From: Spirochaetaceae bacterium
GTDB lineage: Bacteria > Spirochaetota > Spirochaetia > DSM-2461
Direction of reading: 5' to 3'
NCBI GenBank assembly: GCA_965224705.1
Contig: OZ245056.1
Span: 2,464,001 to 2,528,000 of the forward strand
Length of the DNA stretch: 64,000 bases
Position numbers and translations under genes: made by a program. The notes under the pieces were generated by a model that was not told where the DNA came from, did not search any database, and was given only the letters and a program-made list of their open reading frames with translations. Shown here piece by piece: positions 47,601 to 58,180 of this stretch; the stretch's first letter is position 1, and every line of letters begins with the position of its first letter.

Positions 47601-50600
47601 TTGATGAGATCACTTGGTATTTGTATAGGTGCTTCGACAGTAAAAACGGCATCTATTGATGATAGATTCAATGTGACTGATAAAAGGATTATCAATCACG
47701 ACGGACATCCACAAAAGGCATTGACCGATGTTTTTCAGGATCTGGACCTCAGCAGGTACAATTATGCTGCCATCACAGGGAGAAAGTTTAAAGAACTCCT
47801 TAATCTCCCTGAAATCACTGAGCCCATTGCAGCCGAGTATGCTCTCAAGCATGTTAAATCCAGGAATTGCAGAGCATTGATCAGCCTCGGAGCAGAAAAC
47901 TTTATTCTTTATGTCCTGAATGATCATTACAATATTGTCAGTGTACAAACGGGCAATAAGTGCGCATCGGGTACAGGAGAATTTTTTCTGCAGCAGATTA
48001 GAAGGATGAGCATATCAACTGATGAAGCCATTGAACTTGCCCATAAGTCTGAGCCATACACTGTTTCCGGGCGATGTTCTGTTTTCTGTAAAAGTGACTG
48101 TACTCATGCCTTGAATAAGGGGATTCCCAAAGGGCGGGTCAGTGCAGGTCTGGGGAATATGCTTGCCGACAAGGCATTGGAACTTTTACGATCTATCAAA
48201 AACGAAAACATCATGATTGTTGGCGGTGTAACCAGAAATGATTTTGTCGTCCAGGCTCTAAGAAAACAGATAAACAACGTGGTTATCCCTGAGCATACCG
48301 ATGTTTTCGAGGCCTATGGTGCTGCTGTATACGCTCTTGAAAAGAAAGAGACCATTACAGGTGAATTGTCATTTAAATCTGACCATACTTCCTTCAGCTC
48401 ACTTCCATCGCTGAGAAATGCAGAAAAACTGGTATCGTTCAAAGACTCTATTCGGGAAAAACCGACATCAGGAGATGATTATATTCTGGGACTGGATGTA
48501 GGATCCACAACAACAAAATCAGTGCTGATTCGAACAAGAGATAAGAAAATTGTCGCATCGGTCTACTTACGAACGAACGGGAATCCCATAGCCGCTTCAC
48601 GGGACTGTTACAGGGAGATAAACACTCAAATACTGGAATCAGTTTCAAGTGGAGATATTAACATCATCGGCCTGGGTGTAACCGGCTCCGGGCGTCAGAT
48701 TGCCGGTATTCATGCCGGTACGGATGGAATTGTAAACGAAATAATTGCCCACGCAACAGGAGCAGCACACTTTGATCAGGAAGTGGATACGATTTTCGAG
48801 ATTGGTGGTCAGGATGCCAAATATACCTTTCTGGTCAATGGTGTCCCATGTGATTACGCCATGAATGAAGCCTGTTCCGCAGGAACTGGTTCCTTCCTGG
48901 AAGAGGCTGCCAGAGAATCGCTGAACATAAGCTATCTGGATATTCAGAAAATCGCCATGGGAGCTGACAATCCTCCCAATTTCAATGATCAATGTGCGGC
49001 GTTTATCAGTTCCGACATTAAGAATGCTTCTCACGAGAATATCTCCAGGGACAATATTGTTGCCGGACTTGTGTACTCAATCTGCATGAATTACAACAAT
49101 CGTGTTAAGGGAAACAGAAAGGTTGGTGAAAAAGTCTTTATGCAGGGGGGGGTCTGTTACAATAAGGCCGTACCTCTTGCCATGGCCCAACTCCTCCAAA
49201 AAGAAATCATCGTCCCCCCCGATCCAGGATTAATTGGAGCTTTTGGTGTGGCTTTGGAAGTGAACAACAGGATCGATAATGAGCTGCTGGAGAAATCAGA
49301 CTTCAATCTTGTTGAACTGAGTGAAAAAAATGTGGAATACGGTAAAACTTTCACCTGTGCCGGTACTTCAGAGAACTGCGACAGAGCATGCAGGATCAAC
49401 ATCATAAAAATTGATAAAAAAAACTATCCGTTTGGCGGCATATGCAACAAGTATTACAATCAGCTTCATCACCTGAAAATCAACCCCGTTCCACTGAACT
49501 ATGTTGAAAAACATCAAGAATTGCTATTCGCTCAGCATGGGCTGGCAACCTCGGAAAAGAGCATCGGTTTATCCAGGGCCCTGTACACCAACATCCTCTA
49601 CCCATTGTTCTATCACTTCTTCACCGGCCTTGGCTTCAAGGTAATCCTTTCGGACAACGTGGATGCGGATGGTGTAAAAAAAACAGCTTCATCATTCTGT
49701 TACCCTGTGGAAATTGCCCACGGTATGTACCATAACCTGCTCCAGAAGAAACCCGACTTCATATTTCTTCCCCATATCACAAGGCTTTACCGAGTGACAA
49801 AACAACCAGGTAATGAAGGTAACAACTGCACCTGTGTTCTGGCTCAAAGTGAGCCCTACTATCTTAAAAGTACCTTTAAAGAGTCTATCTCCAAAATCAT
49901 CAGTCCCGTTCTGGACTTTCATCAGGGCTGGGATACCATGGAAAAAGAATTCATAGAAGTGGCAAAACGATTGGGCTGCGGCAAAAAAATGGCAAAAGAA
50001 GCCTACAAGGAAGGCATCAGACGGCAGAATGATTTTTATACCAACAAGAAGAAGTTGGGAAAGGAATTACTCCTGAAGTTAGAGAAGGATCCTGCGAAAA
50101 TTGCCCTGGTAATTTTTGGACGCCCATACAATGCTCTATCCGGAGATGGAAACCTGGGAATTCCAGGTAAAATTGCCTCCCGCGGCATCTATGTCCTGCC
50201 CTTTGACTGTCTGCCCTTTGATGAAGAAGAAAGCATGGAGAATATGAATTGGGCCATTGGACATGAATTGATACAGGCCGCCCGGTATGTGAAGAAGCAC
50301 AAGCAGTTATTCGGTGCTTTTATAACTAATTTCAGCTGTGGACCGGACTCATTTATTGTGGGTTACTTCCGGGACATCATGAAAACAAAACCTTCCCTAA
50401 CTCTGGAGCTGGATTCCCACAGTGCTGATGCAGGCATCAATACCAGAATTGAAGCATTTCTGGACATCGTTAACCGTTACATACATCTGGGATTGAGGGA
50501 TGAGCAATCCCGAGAATTCACTCCGGCAAGAATTCACAAAGAAAAGGGGAAATATCAATACATCACAAGTGATGGAGAGATTTTCCCGCTCAAAGATAAA

Positions 50601-51845
50601 CGAGTCAACCTACTCATTCCTTCCATGGGCCGAGCAGTATGCGAGTTCGGTGCTGCTGCATTCAGGGGGATAGGTTTTAATGCTGCATCCGTTGCCTATC
50701 CTACATTCGATACATTGATGACAGGCAGATCCCACTCCTCCTGCAAAGAATGCCTGCCCCTGATAATGACAACGGCCTCTCTTGTTACCCATATCAGGGA
50801 GAGAGAGCCAGATGAACTAACACTGTACTTCATGCCATCAACCGGCGGGAATTGCCGCTTTGCCCAATACCATGTGTATATCAAGAGGTTAATTGAGAAA
50901 CAGCAGATCAAGAATGTAGCCTTATTGACCCTCAGTGCCGAACAGAATTACATGGGACTTGGGACTGTCGATCAGATTAGACTTCTTCAATCTATTATCA
51001 TTTCGGACATTATGGATGACATTGGCAATGCTATCCTTGTTCTTCCAAAAGACAGGGAGAAGGCTCAGCTAATTTTCAATGAACAATGGCAAAAGATAGT
51101 TGTTTCCCTTGAGAATGGTGCTTCCGACCTGTATGAAGTCCTTGAGGACGTTGCTGAAAATCTGGCTGCCATTGAGCTTTCGCAGCCTCTGAGTGAGTCG
51201 AAAAAAGTGCTTCTATCGGGAGAAATATATGTGCGTAAGGATGAATTTACCTCAGGGGAAGTCATAAAAAGGCTGGCTGCAAAAGACTTTGTTGTAAAAA
51301 GGGCGCCTATACTGGAGTGGTCATATTACATTGATTACATATCAAAACACATCCTGGATACTGAGTTTTCGCTGAAGGACAGGGTGGAAACATTGGTTAA
51401 GAACATTGTTGAAAAGAAGATTGAGAAGAAGATAAAAATGGCTCTGGCCAAGTCCGGTTTGTATGAGTATGAAAGAATCGACATTCAGAAATTATTTGAG
51501 GCAGGAAAGGAGTTCATCGATCCCCGGATGACGGGGGAAGAGATACTTGTCATTGGTTCCTTTTTCAATGAAGTCGCCAAACATGTTCACGGCGTAATTT
51601 CCATTGGCCCCTTCGCCTGCCTGCCCACCAGAGTATGCGAAGCCATTTTGAGCGTCGAATCCAATGTGCAGAATAATTCCCGGATTGAACATTTGGATAA
51701 TTCAGAACACCTTAAGGAATTTCATACATTGCCCTTCTTGACCATTGAGGCTGATGGCAATCCTTTCCCCCAGGTTGTGGAGGCCAGAATTGAATCATTT
51801 ACACTTCAGGCCAATCGAATGTATGATTTGATGAACACAGGTTAG
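47601..51845 (+). CDS. Fused 2-hydroxyacyl-CoA dehydratase activator-like protein (two ASKHA activase domains plus C-terminal domains)
   Basis: KCASGTGEF/CSVF, GLDVGSTTTK, EIGGQD, CSAGTGSF, FSCGPD, GPFAC motifs. Confidence 0.88.
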   Translation: MMRSLGICIGASTVKTASIDDRFNVTDKRIINHDGHPQKALTDVFQDLDLSRYNYAAITGRKFKELLNLPEITEPIAAEYALKHVKSRNCRALISLGAENFILYVLNDHYNIVSVQTGNKCASGTGEFFLQQIRRMSISTDEAIELAHKSEPYTVSGRCSVFCKSDCTHALNKGIPKGRVSAGLGNMLADKALELLRSIKNENIMIVGGVTRNDFVVQALRKQINNVVIPEHTDVFEAYGAAVYALEKKETITGELSFKSDHTSFSSLPSLRNAEKLVSFKDSIREKPTSGDDYILGLDVGSTTTKSVLIRTRDKKIVASVYLRTNGNPIAASRDCYREINTQILESVSSGDINIIGLGVTGSGRQIAGIHAGTDGIVNEIIAHATGAAHFDQEVDTIFEIGGQDAKYTFLVNGVPCDYAMNEACSAGTGSFLEEAARESLNISYLDIQKIAMGADNPPNFNDQCAAFISSDIKNASHENISRDNIVAGLVYSICMNYNNRVKGNRKVGEKVFMQGGVCYNKAVPLAMAQLLQKEIIVPPDPGLIGAFGVALEVNNRIDNELLEKSDFNLVELSEKNVEYGKTFTCAGTSENCDRACRINIIKIDKKNYPFGGICNKYYNQLHHLKINPVPLNYVEKHQELLFAQHGLATSEKSIGLSRALYTNILYPLFYHFFTGLGFKVILSDNVDADGVKKTASSFCYPVEIAHGMYHNLLQKKPDFIFLPHITRLYRVTKQPGNEGNNCTCVLAQSEPYYLKSTFKESISKIISPVLDFHQGWDTMEKEFIEVAKRLGCGKKMAKEAYKEGIRRQNDFYTNKKKLGKELLLKLEKDPAKIALVIFGRPYNALSGDGNLGIPGKIASRGIYVLPFDCLPFDEEESMENMNWAIGHELIQAARYVKKHKQLFGAFITNFSCGPDSFIVGYFRDIMKTKPSLTLELDSHSADAGINTRIEAFLDIVNRYIHLGLRDEQSREFTPARIHKEKGKYQYITSDGEIFPLKDKRVNLLIPSMGRAVCEFGAAAFRGIGFNAASVAYPTFDTLMTGRSHSSCKECLPLIMTTASLVTHIREREPDELTLYFMPSTGGNCRFAQYHVYIKRLIEKQQIKNVALLTLSAEQNYMGLGTVDQIRLLQSIIISDIMDDIGNAILVLPKDREKAQLIFNEQWQKIVVSLENGASDLYEVLEDVAENLAAIELSQPLSESKKVLLSGEIYVRKDEFTSGEVIKRLAAKDFVVKRAPILEWSYYIDYISKHILDTEFSLKDRVETLVKNIVEKKIEKKIKMALAKSGLYEYERIDIQKLFEAGKEFIDPRMTGEEILVIGSFFNEVAKHVHGVISIGPFACLPTRVCEAILSVESNVQNNSRIEHLDNSEHLKEFHTLPFLTIEADGNPFPQVVEARIESFTLQANRMYDLMNTG

Positions 51846-51852
51846 GAATATC

Positions 51853-53010
51853 ATGATCTACCTGGACTGGGCCGCCACCGCTCTGCCCTCCGCCGCTGTC
51901 ATTGACGCCATGGCCGCTGCAGCCAGGGAATGCTTTGGGAACCCGTCATCTCCATACGAGGAGGGCAAAAAAGCCCGTACTGCTCTTGATGATGCCCGCA
52001 GTCGATGTGCCCGTGTTCTGGACTGTGAACCAGCGCAATTGACGTTTACCAGCGGCGGCACGGAATCCAATGCAATAGCCCTTCTTTCCAAACTGCTTGT
52101 CCGCAAGCCGGGAACCATAATCCATTCGGGAATTGAGCATCCCTCTGTAACAGAACCCATCAGAACCCTTGAAGTACATGGATGGTCAATAAAAGCATTA
52201 CAGCCTGATACAGATGGCATCATCCGACCGGATAGACTTGCCAGACTGTTGAAAAAGAATCTCAACACACGACTGGTATCCATCATAGGTGTGAGTAATG
52301 AAATCGGAGCCATTCAGCCAATTGAAGAATTGACCGCTGTCACACGAGATTTTCAGACCGAGAGAGGAAGGCCTATTCACTTTCATGCTGACCTTGTTCA
52401 GGCTGCTGGAAAAATCCCCATAAATCTGACTGGAATGGATGTCGACTCAGCGGCATTCAGCGCCCATAAGTTTCGAGGTCCAAGGGGCATGGGACTTTTT
52501 TATCATCGACAACATCAGTTTGATGTTTTGCATCGTGGAGGCGGACAGGAATCAGGAATACGGCCCGGAACCGAAAACGTTGCTGGAGCCATAGGCATGG
52601 CTCTGGCTCTGGAACTCTACGGTCAGCCCGCTCATGAAGTCAGGGAAAATGGAGAATGGCTGTTACAGCAGCTTTTGAAGATGCCGGAAGTGAGCATAAT
52701 TCCAGAGAGTCGGGTATCGGTGAATAACCCACTCTACGTGCCGGGAATTATTCCTCTCACCTGCCCACCCATTCCCGGCGAAGTTCTGGCAAGAGTTCTT
52801 GCAGAGTCCGGTTATGCAATCTCCACTGGTTCAGCCTGCAGTAATAATCGAAGAGGCAAAAAGACTGGGAATTTGGCTGCACTTGGAATCTCTGATGAGT
52901 TGGTTACCGGGATGATTCGGATTTCGTTGGGAGGAACAACACGGAGGGAGGATCTGGTTGGGTTCATCAAAGATCTGAGAACTCACATTACCACTTTCAG
53001 AAATTATTAG
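51853..53010 (+). CDS. Cysteine desulfurase (IscS/NifS class)
   Basis: IYLDWAAT, GNPSS, FTSGGTE, EHPSV, SAHK, GTEN, GSAC motifs. Confidence 0.92.
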   Translation: MIYLDWAATALPSAAVIDAMAAAARECFGNPSSPYEEGKKARTALDDARSRCARVLDCEPAQLTFTSGGTESNAIALLSKLLVRKPGTIIHSGIEHPSVTEPIRTLEVHGWSIKALQPDTDGIIRPDRLARLLKKNLNTRLVSIIGVSNEIGAIQPIEELTAVTRDFQTERGRPIHFHADLVQAAGKIPINLTGMDVDSAAFSAHKFRGPRGMGLFYHRQHQFDVLHRGGGQESGIRPGTENVAGAIGMALALELYGQPAHEVRENGEWLLQQLLKMPEVSIIPESRVSVNNPLYVPGIIPLTCPPIPGEVLARVLAESGYAISTGSACSNNRRGKKTGNLAALGISDELVTGMIRISLGGTTRREDLVGFIKDLRTHITTFRNY

Positions 53011-53019
53011 CCTTCCCCA

Positions 53020-54274
53020 GTGTCAGAAAGCTTGTTAATGCAGCAAAAAACTCCTGTCAGGCTCGTTATAACATAGTAAGAAAACAATTTATAAAGGAGT
53101 TTGACCATGCCATTCCCTCACTGCCCCAACCCGAAATGTATCCATTTCAGTGCCCCGAAGCAAAAAAACTGGTTTTCGATACACAGTTCCTACCACACTG
53201 AAGCATTTGGAACAGTCCAGCGCTACATCTGCAATGACTGCAAAAGAACCTTTTCCTCCCAGACTTTTTCAATCGATTACTATGCGAAAAAAGTCATCGA
53301 CTACGAGGAACTTCTCCAACATCTGGTGACCTCTTCCGGTGTGAATGACATCAGCCGTCATCTGGAGGTTTCTTCCGATACGGTGCAGAATCGATGCGAA
53401 AGACTGGCCCGTTCCGCCATGGCAATCCATGCCCGGCTGTTGAAAAAACTCCCCATGAGGGAATCCATGGCCGCCGATGGACTGGAGTCCTTTTCCTTCT
53501 CTCAATACTATCCCAACCACATCAACATCTTTGCCGGAAGTGAGTCCGAGTTCATCTATGAGACCGGGTTTGCCAATCTCAGGCGGAAAGGAAGAATGAC
53601 TTCCCGTCAAAAATTGATCCGAAGGAAACTGGAGGCCAGGGGCAGGGCGGATCCCGGGGCCATTGAGAAATCGGTGAGAAGTCTGACAGAAGATTTGATT
53701 CAATTTCTTATGAAGAAAAAGGTTGTGCATAAGCGGCTTTTCACGGATATGCATAAGGCATACACCCGGGCCTTTGCGAAAACCGAGTATTTTCTCCACT
53801 TCTTCATCCGGGTCATGACATCTTCAAGGTCGGCCAGAACCATGGATAATCCGATGTTTCCTATTAACTACATTGACCGTCAGATCAGGAAAGATATTTC
53901 AGATCATGTCAGGGAGACGGTCAAGTCTGCCAAATCTCCCGCTGCGATGATGATTCGATTCATTCTTTATCGTCACTATCACAACTGCATGATTCCATGG
54001 CGGGTGAAGGAAGCCAGGAAGAAGAAGGATACAACTCATGCTGAGAAGGCCGGGATCACCAGGAAGAAACTTCGCAAGGCAGTAGGCAGGTACTGGTTGA
54101 AGAGGGCCTTTTTGAGCAAGGTCAATCTGGGTGCGGCAGAGAAGAAAACCTGGCTGTGTGAGTGGCGTAATCCGGGAGTGGAATCCGGCCGTTATGATCC
54201 GCTGTATGTGAAGGTTTAGGATGAGATCGGACTCCCGGAATGGGTTGAAGGGGGTTTTACAGGCTTTCTGACAC
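53020..54274 (+). mobile_element. IS1-like insertion sequence
   Basis: TIRs GTGTCAGAAAGC(T/C)TGT(T/A)AA around a single ORF; no target duplication seen. Confidence 0.8.
53101..54219 (+). CDS. Putative transposase (Zn ribbon, HTH, DDE-like core)
   Basis: CPNPKC..QRYIC..C Zn ribbon, HTH, DG.ES..TD.H.AY; very basic. Confidence 0.75.
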   Translation: MTMPFPHCPNPKCIHFSAPKQKNWFSIHSSYHTEAFGTVQRYICNDCKRTFSSQTFSIDYYAKKVIDYEELLQHLVTSSGVNDISRHLEVSSDTVQNRCERLARSAMAIHARLLKKLPMRESMAADGLESFSFSQYYPNHINIFAGSESEFIYETGFANLRRKGRMTSRQKLIRRKLEARGRADPGAIEKSVRSLTEDLIQFLMKKKVVHKRLFTDMHKAYTRAFAKTEYFLHFFIRVMTSSRSARTMDNPMFPINYIDRQIRKDISDHVRETVKSAKSPAAMMIRFILYRHYHNCMIPWRVKEARKKKDTTHAEKAGITRKKLRKAVGRYWLKRAFLSKVNLGAAEKKTWLCEWRNPGVESGRYDPLYVKV

Positions 54275-54325
54275 TCGGTATTCAATACAGGGTTCAGATG
54301 AATACTCCTGATGTGAATGCTCGTT

Positions 54326-55792
54326 TCATTCTTTAAGCTTCCTGACATTCCGGAAACTCTTCAGTAATTCACGAAGAAATATGGATATCCGCCCAACCGA
54401 GGGGATGTACAGTCTTTCATCAGGTGAATGGGGCTGCATTATTGTGGGACCGAAAGAAATCATATCCATATCTGGATAATGGGACCCAATGGCTCCACAT
54501 TCCAGGCCGGCATGAGTGATTTCCACAATGGAGTCCTTGCCGGAAACTTTTTTCCAGATCCGTCTGGCTTGATTGAGCAGTTCTGACTCTGTTCGGGGTT
54601 CCCAGGGCGGATAGTGGTTGCCTGTCGTACAGGTTCCTCCGCAGAGTCGGGCCAGACCCTTCATCATCATTACATAATCATTGCCGCGGCTCATCACAGA
54701 ACTCCTGATGTTTGTAAGAATTTTCACCGCTGATTCCTCGGTATGAAGGATGGCAAAATTCATACTGGTTTCGACAATCCCTTTTACATCGGTAGACATA
54801 TGCATTACCCCATTGGGAATCATTCGCAGGGTATCCAGTATCTTTATGCTGTCAGGGAGGGAGAATAAGCCTTTCAGGGGTATTTCATTCTTAGAGGATT
54901 TCAGGAATAATTTCTTCTCAACAGCTGCATTTTCATCTTTTAGGACAGCCTCTGATTCGGAAACAAGTTCTTCCAGTCTGGTCAGGTGGTTTGAAGGAAC
55001 TGCAACCAGGCTCCTGGCTTCCCGCGGGATGGCATTATGAGCCGTACCGCCGGATATCTCACCTGCAAGTGCTTCCGGGATGACCTCGAAAATCGTGCTC
55101 AAGATTCTGGTCAATAAAACATTGGCATTGGCCTTGTTCAGATGAATTTCAGTTCCTGAATGGCCCCCTTCCAGTCCACCAACATCAATTCTTCTTACTG
55201 CGTATCCCTTCGGAACAGGCTGCAGGCGAACAGGGAAGCTGAGATTTACATCCATGCCCCCGGCACATCCAATCGTGAAAACACCCTCATCTTCGGAGTC
55301 CAGGTTCAGCAGTATATTGCCTGACAGGAAATCCGATTTAAGATTTTGAGCACCAACAAGACCTGCCTCTTCATCAGAAGTGATAAGAATTTCCAATTCT
55401 GGATGCTCTGATTCAGCATCCGTAACGAGATCAAAGAAAATGGCCAGGGCAATGGCGTTGTCGGCACCAAGACTTGTGTTCTTTGCCCGGAGCCATTCTC
55501 CATCCTGCCAGGATGTAATGGGGTCATTCTGAAAATCATGCTTCACTCCGGATCTTTTTTCACAAACCATATCCATGTGCCCCTGAAGAACAATTGTTGG
55601 AGCTTTTTCGTATTCCTTTGTGGCCGGAACCTTGATCAAAATGTTCAATGAATCATCAGTACTCACTGAAAAACCATGCTCTCTGGCCCAGTTCATCAGC
55701 CATGGGTGGATTTTTTCCAGATGGTGAGATTGACGGGGTATTGTATTTATTGCATTGAATATTTCAAGAATTCTATCAGCGGGATCAGACAT
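54326..55792 (-). CDS. pepD: Aminoacyl-histidine dipeptidase
   Basis: QGHMDMVC, LGADN, DEE.GL.GA, NLDSE, GGHSG, HAGLECG, HSPDE motifs. Confidence 0.93.
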   Translation of the reverse strand: MSDPADRILEIFNAINTIPRQSHHLEKIHPWLMNWAREHGFSVSTDDSLNILIKVPATKEYEKAPTIVLQGHMDMVCEKRSGVKHDFQNDPITSWQDGEWLRAKNTSLGADNAIALAIFFDLVTDAESEHPELEILITSDEEAGLVGAQNLKSDFLSGNILLNLDSEDEGVFTIGCAGGMDVNLSFPVRLQPVPKGYAVRRIDVGGLEGGHSGTEIHLNKANANVLLTRILSTIFEVIPEALAGEISGGTAHNAIPREARSLVAVPSNHLTRLEELVSESEAVLKDENAAVEKKLFLKSSKNEIPLKGLFSLPDSIKILDTLRMIPNGVMHMSTDVKGIVETSMNFAILHTEESAVKILTNIRSSVMSRGNDYVMMMKGLARLCGGTCTTGNHYPPWEPRTESELLNQARRIWKKVSGKDSIVEITHAGLECGAIGSHYPDMDMISFGPTIMQPHSPDERLYIPSVGRISIFLRELLKSFRNVRKLKE

Positions 55793-57416
55793 GTAGGTCT
55801 CCTGTTTCTTTGTTTCTTCGCCATCGCATCAATATGAGGGCCGCAGCCAGTAAGGGTATTGTAAGTATGAAAATGACTTTTTCAAGCCAGTCGCCCCACC
55901 GAGTGTAAAGAGTTGTTCTATCATCATATACAGGAACTTCACCTATAAGATGTCCCTGAGTAAACGGCGGAAGTATCTGCGTTACTTTTCCATTGGGATC
56001 GATGACACAGGTGATACCGGCTGTGGATGACCTTACCACGCTGCGGCGGTTTTCTATAGCTCTGAAGACGGCCATGGTCATGTGCTGGATAGCACAGGCC
56101 GGCTCAGGACTCCATGAATCATTGGTTGTATTCACCATTATCTGTGCCCCTTCCCGGACAAAATTCCGAGCAAGATAACCGAAGGTATCTTCGAAACAGA
56201 TGAATGGGCTTACCCTGGGACCACCCCATTTTGAGAGGGAAAACACCTTGTATTCACTTCCTTTCCCATAAAGAGGAGTATCCTGTGATGCAATGTAATC
56301 GGATAGGCGTGGGAAGATTTCTGCATAGGGGAAGTGTTCCGAGAAAGGAACCAGGTGTATTTTCCTGTACCGATCGATGATCTCATGACCATCAAAAAGC
56401 AGGACAGCATTATAATCCAGTCTTTTTCCTGCAATCAGCTCTCCATCGTTATTGCCGATCAGTATGGGAATATCCTGTCCGTCAAGGAAATTTCTGAGCT
56501 TGTTGATGAGGTCAACCTTCATTCTGTCCTTTCTGTACTTGAGATGCCATTCGATGGATGGAACAAAGGAGGTTTCAGACCATACAATTGCATCTGGTTC
56601 TTTTTCCAGGGCTGATTGACTTTCCTCAATAAGTGCTTTTAAAGCAATACGCCAGGCATCAATACCTGTCAGCCAGGTGTTGACATTGTGCTGTATGAGA
56701 GCGGGCCGCCAGATGGGACTCTCCCTGTAATCAACCCTGGATACCAATCCATAGATGTTTGCTGCAAGGATAGATACCAAAAAAGCAGCACCGGGAATCA
56801 CCCATCGCCTGGATGGTTTTTTCCAGCCCTGTAACGGACTGAATCCTGATTTCGGGTGCAGAAATCCCACATCGAGAAGCCAGCCTCCAATAAGGAAGGA
56901 GGGAAAGGCTACCAGCAGACTCACACCCATCACTCCAAATATATCGACAATTGAAATAAGACTCCGCCATCCATACTGCGTATAGCCGATAATTCCATAG
57001 GAATAACCCAGAAAACCCTTGGTTCGAACTCCCTCAAATGCCGCCCAGACTAACCATTGGGCCAGCCAGCCATATCGTGAAAAGCTCCGATCCACCAGGA
57101 GAAGGATCGGGAAAAGAATGAAAAACCACCCGGCGTATATTGTTGGAACCAGTACAAAACTGACCGGATTAAAAGTTGCCAGCCAGAAATTGAAGAGGGC
57201 ATAAGTGATGTATCCATAAGCAGCACCCCACAGGGGAGATGCCCACCATGAAATTCTTCTGACAAGGAGTACAACCGGGATCAGGCTGATCCAGGCTGCT
57301 GGAGCCCAACCCCAGTCTGCAATAAAACTCGGGAAGCCCAGTGCAAAGAGCAGGGAGCCGGAAAGCAGCAGGCCCACATCAATGATCCATTTCAATATTG
57401 GCGGACTCTTTTTCAT
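55785..57416 (-). CDS. lnt: Apolipoprotein N-acyltransferase
   Basis: TM N-terminus; WSET, K.HLVPFSE, ICFED, TNDSW motifs. Confidence 0.93.
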   Translation of the reverse strand: MKKSPPILKWIIDVGLLLSGSLLFALGFPSFIADWGWAPAAWISLIPVVLLVRRISWWASPLWGAAYGYITYALFNFWLATFNPVSFVLVPTIYAGWFFILFPILLLVDRSFSRYGWLAQWLVWAAFEGVRTKGFLGYSYGIIGYTQYGWRSLISIVDIFGVMGVSLLVAFPSFLIGGWLLDVGFLHPKSGFSPLQGWKKPSRRWVIPGAAFLVSILAANIYGLVSRVDYRESPIWRPALIQHNVNTWLTGIDAWRIALKALIEESQSALEKEPDAIVWSETSFVPSIEWHLKYRKDRMKVDLINKLRNFLDGQDIPILIGNNDGELIAGKRLDYNAVLLFDGHEIIDRYRKIHLVPFSEHFPYAEIFPRLSDYIASQDTPLYGKGSEYKVFSLSKWGGPRVSPFICFEDTFGYLARNFVREGAQIMVNTTNDSWSPEPACAIQHMTMAVFRAIENRRSVVRSSTAGITCVIDPNGKVTQILPPFTQGHLIGEVPVYDDRTTLYTRWGDWLEKVIFILTIPLLAAALILMRWRRNKETGDLHV

Positions 57417-57422
57417 CCGCAC

Positions 57423-57451
57423 AGATTAGCATGCCTTCCGGGACCATACAA
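57423..57451 (-). promoter_or_regulatory. Sigma70 promoter for lnt, possibly leaderless
   Basis: TTGTAT-17-(TGc)TAATCT-6 nt-ATG 57416. Confidence 0.5.
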
Positions 57452-57535
57452 TAAGAGATTATCAGGGTAAATCCCTTTCCAATAAATGGCGTTTGTATTA
57501 GAATACATGAACAGATTAAAAAGTCAGGAGGTTCT

Positions 57536-58180
57536 ATGAAGAAGGTAGTTATTGTCGCAGCACTCATTATGCTGGGAGGTGTTGTTTGCGCTGATGGTCA
57601 CTTGAAGTTGGGTAGTCCTGAAGGGGACTGGGGGATGCGTAATAGGGGGATTTCCCAGAAAGATGCGGATGCGCCCCGAGCAAAAACCTGGGTTCGTGTC
57701 TTCCAGGATGGTTCAATGAACTACGAATTTACCATGAAGTATGAAGGTGGTGCCGAAGATGGCCATGGAGGTGTTGGAATACATATACTCAGCGATACAA
57801 TGCCTGTGGGGAAGAGCTGGGGTATGGGTGATTCATGGTTACTCTGGCTGAACTACGACATCTCTCCCATCAGTTCTGACATACCTGAGGGATTAAGCGC
57901 TCAGGTGTACAAGAGTTCTTCAGACTCTGATATGGAGTTGATTGATTCGATTTCTCTGAAAAGTATTGAGTCTCTTGCAGCCCCATACCTGTATTCAGAG
58001 ATTCCTGTGAGACTGACCTATGCGGCCAATTTGGGAAGGATATTGATAGCTGACCCCCGGGGGAAAACTGCAGGGTGGTATATTGACCTTCCAGGCGGCA
58101 GAAATGACACAGGGCAATATGTTGCTGTGCGTACAAACGGTGTCAGGATGAGTTTCACGGCACAGGATGTCGAGTTATAA
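57536..58180 (+). CDS. Secreted hypothetical protein
   Basis: Signal peptide; AGGAGG ribosome-binding site. Confidence 0.7.
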   Translation: MKKVVIVAALIMLGGVVCADGHLKLGSPEGDWGMRNRGISQKDADAPRAKTWVRVFQDGSMNYEFTMKYEGGAEDGHGGVGIHILSDTMPVGKSWGMGDSWLLWLNYDISPISSDIPEGLSAQVYKSSSDSDMELIDSISLKSIESLAAPYLYSEIPVRLTYAANLGRILIADPRGKTAGWYIDLPGGRNDTGQYVAVRTNGVRMSFTAQDVEL

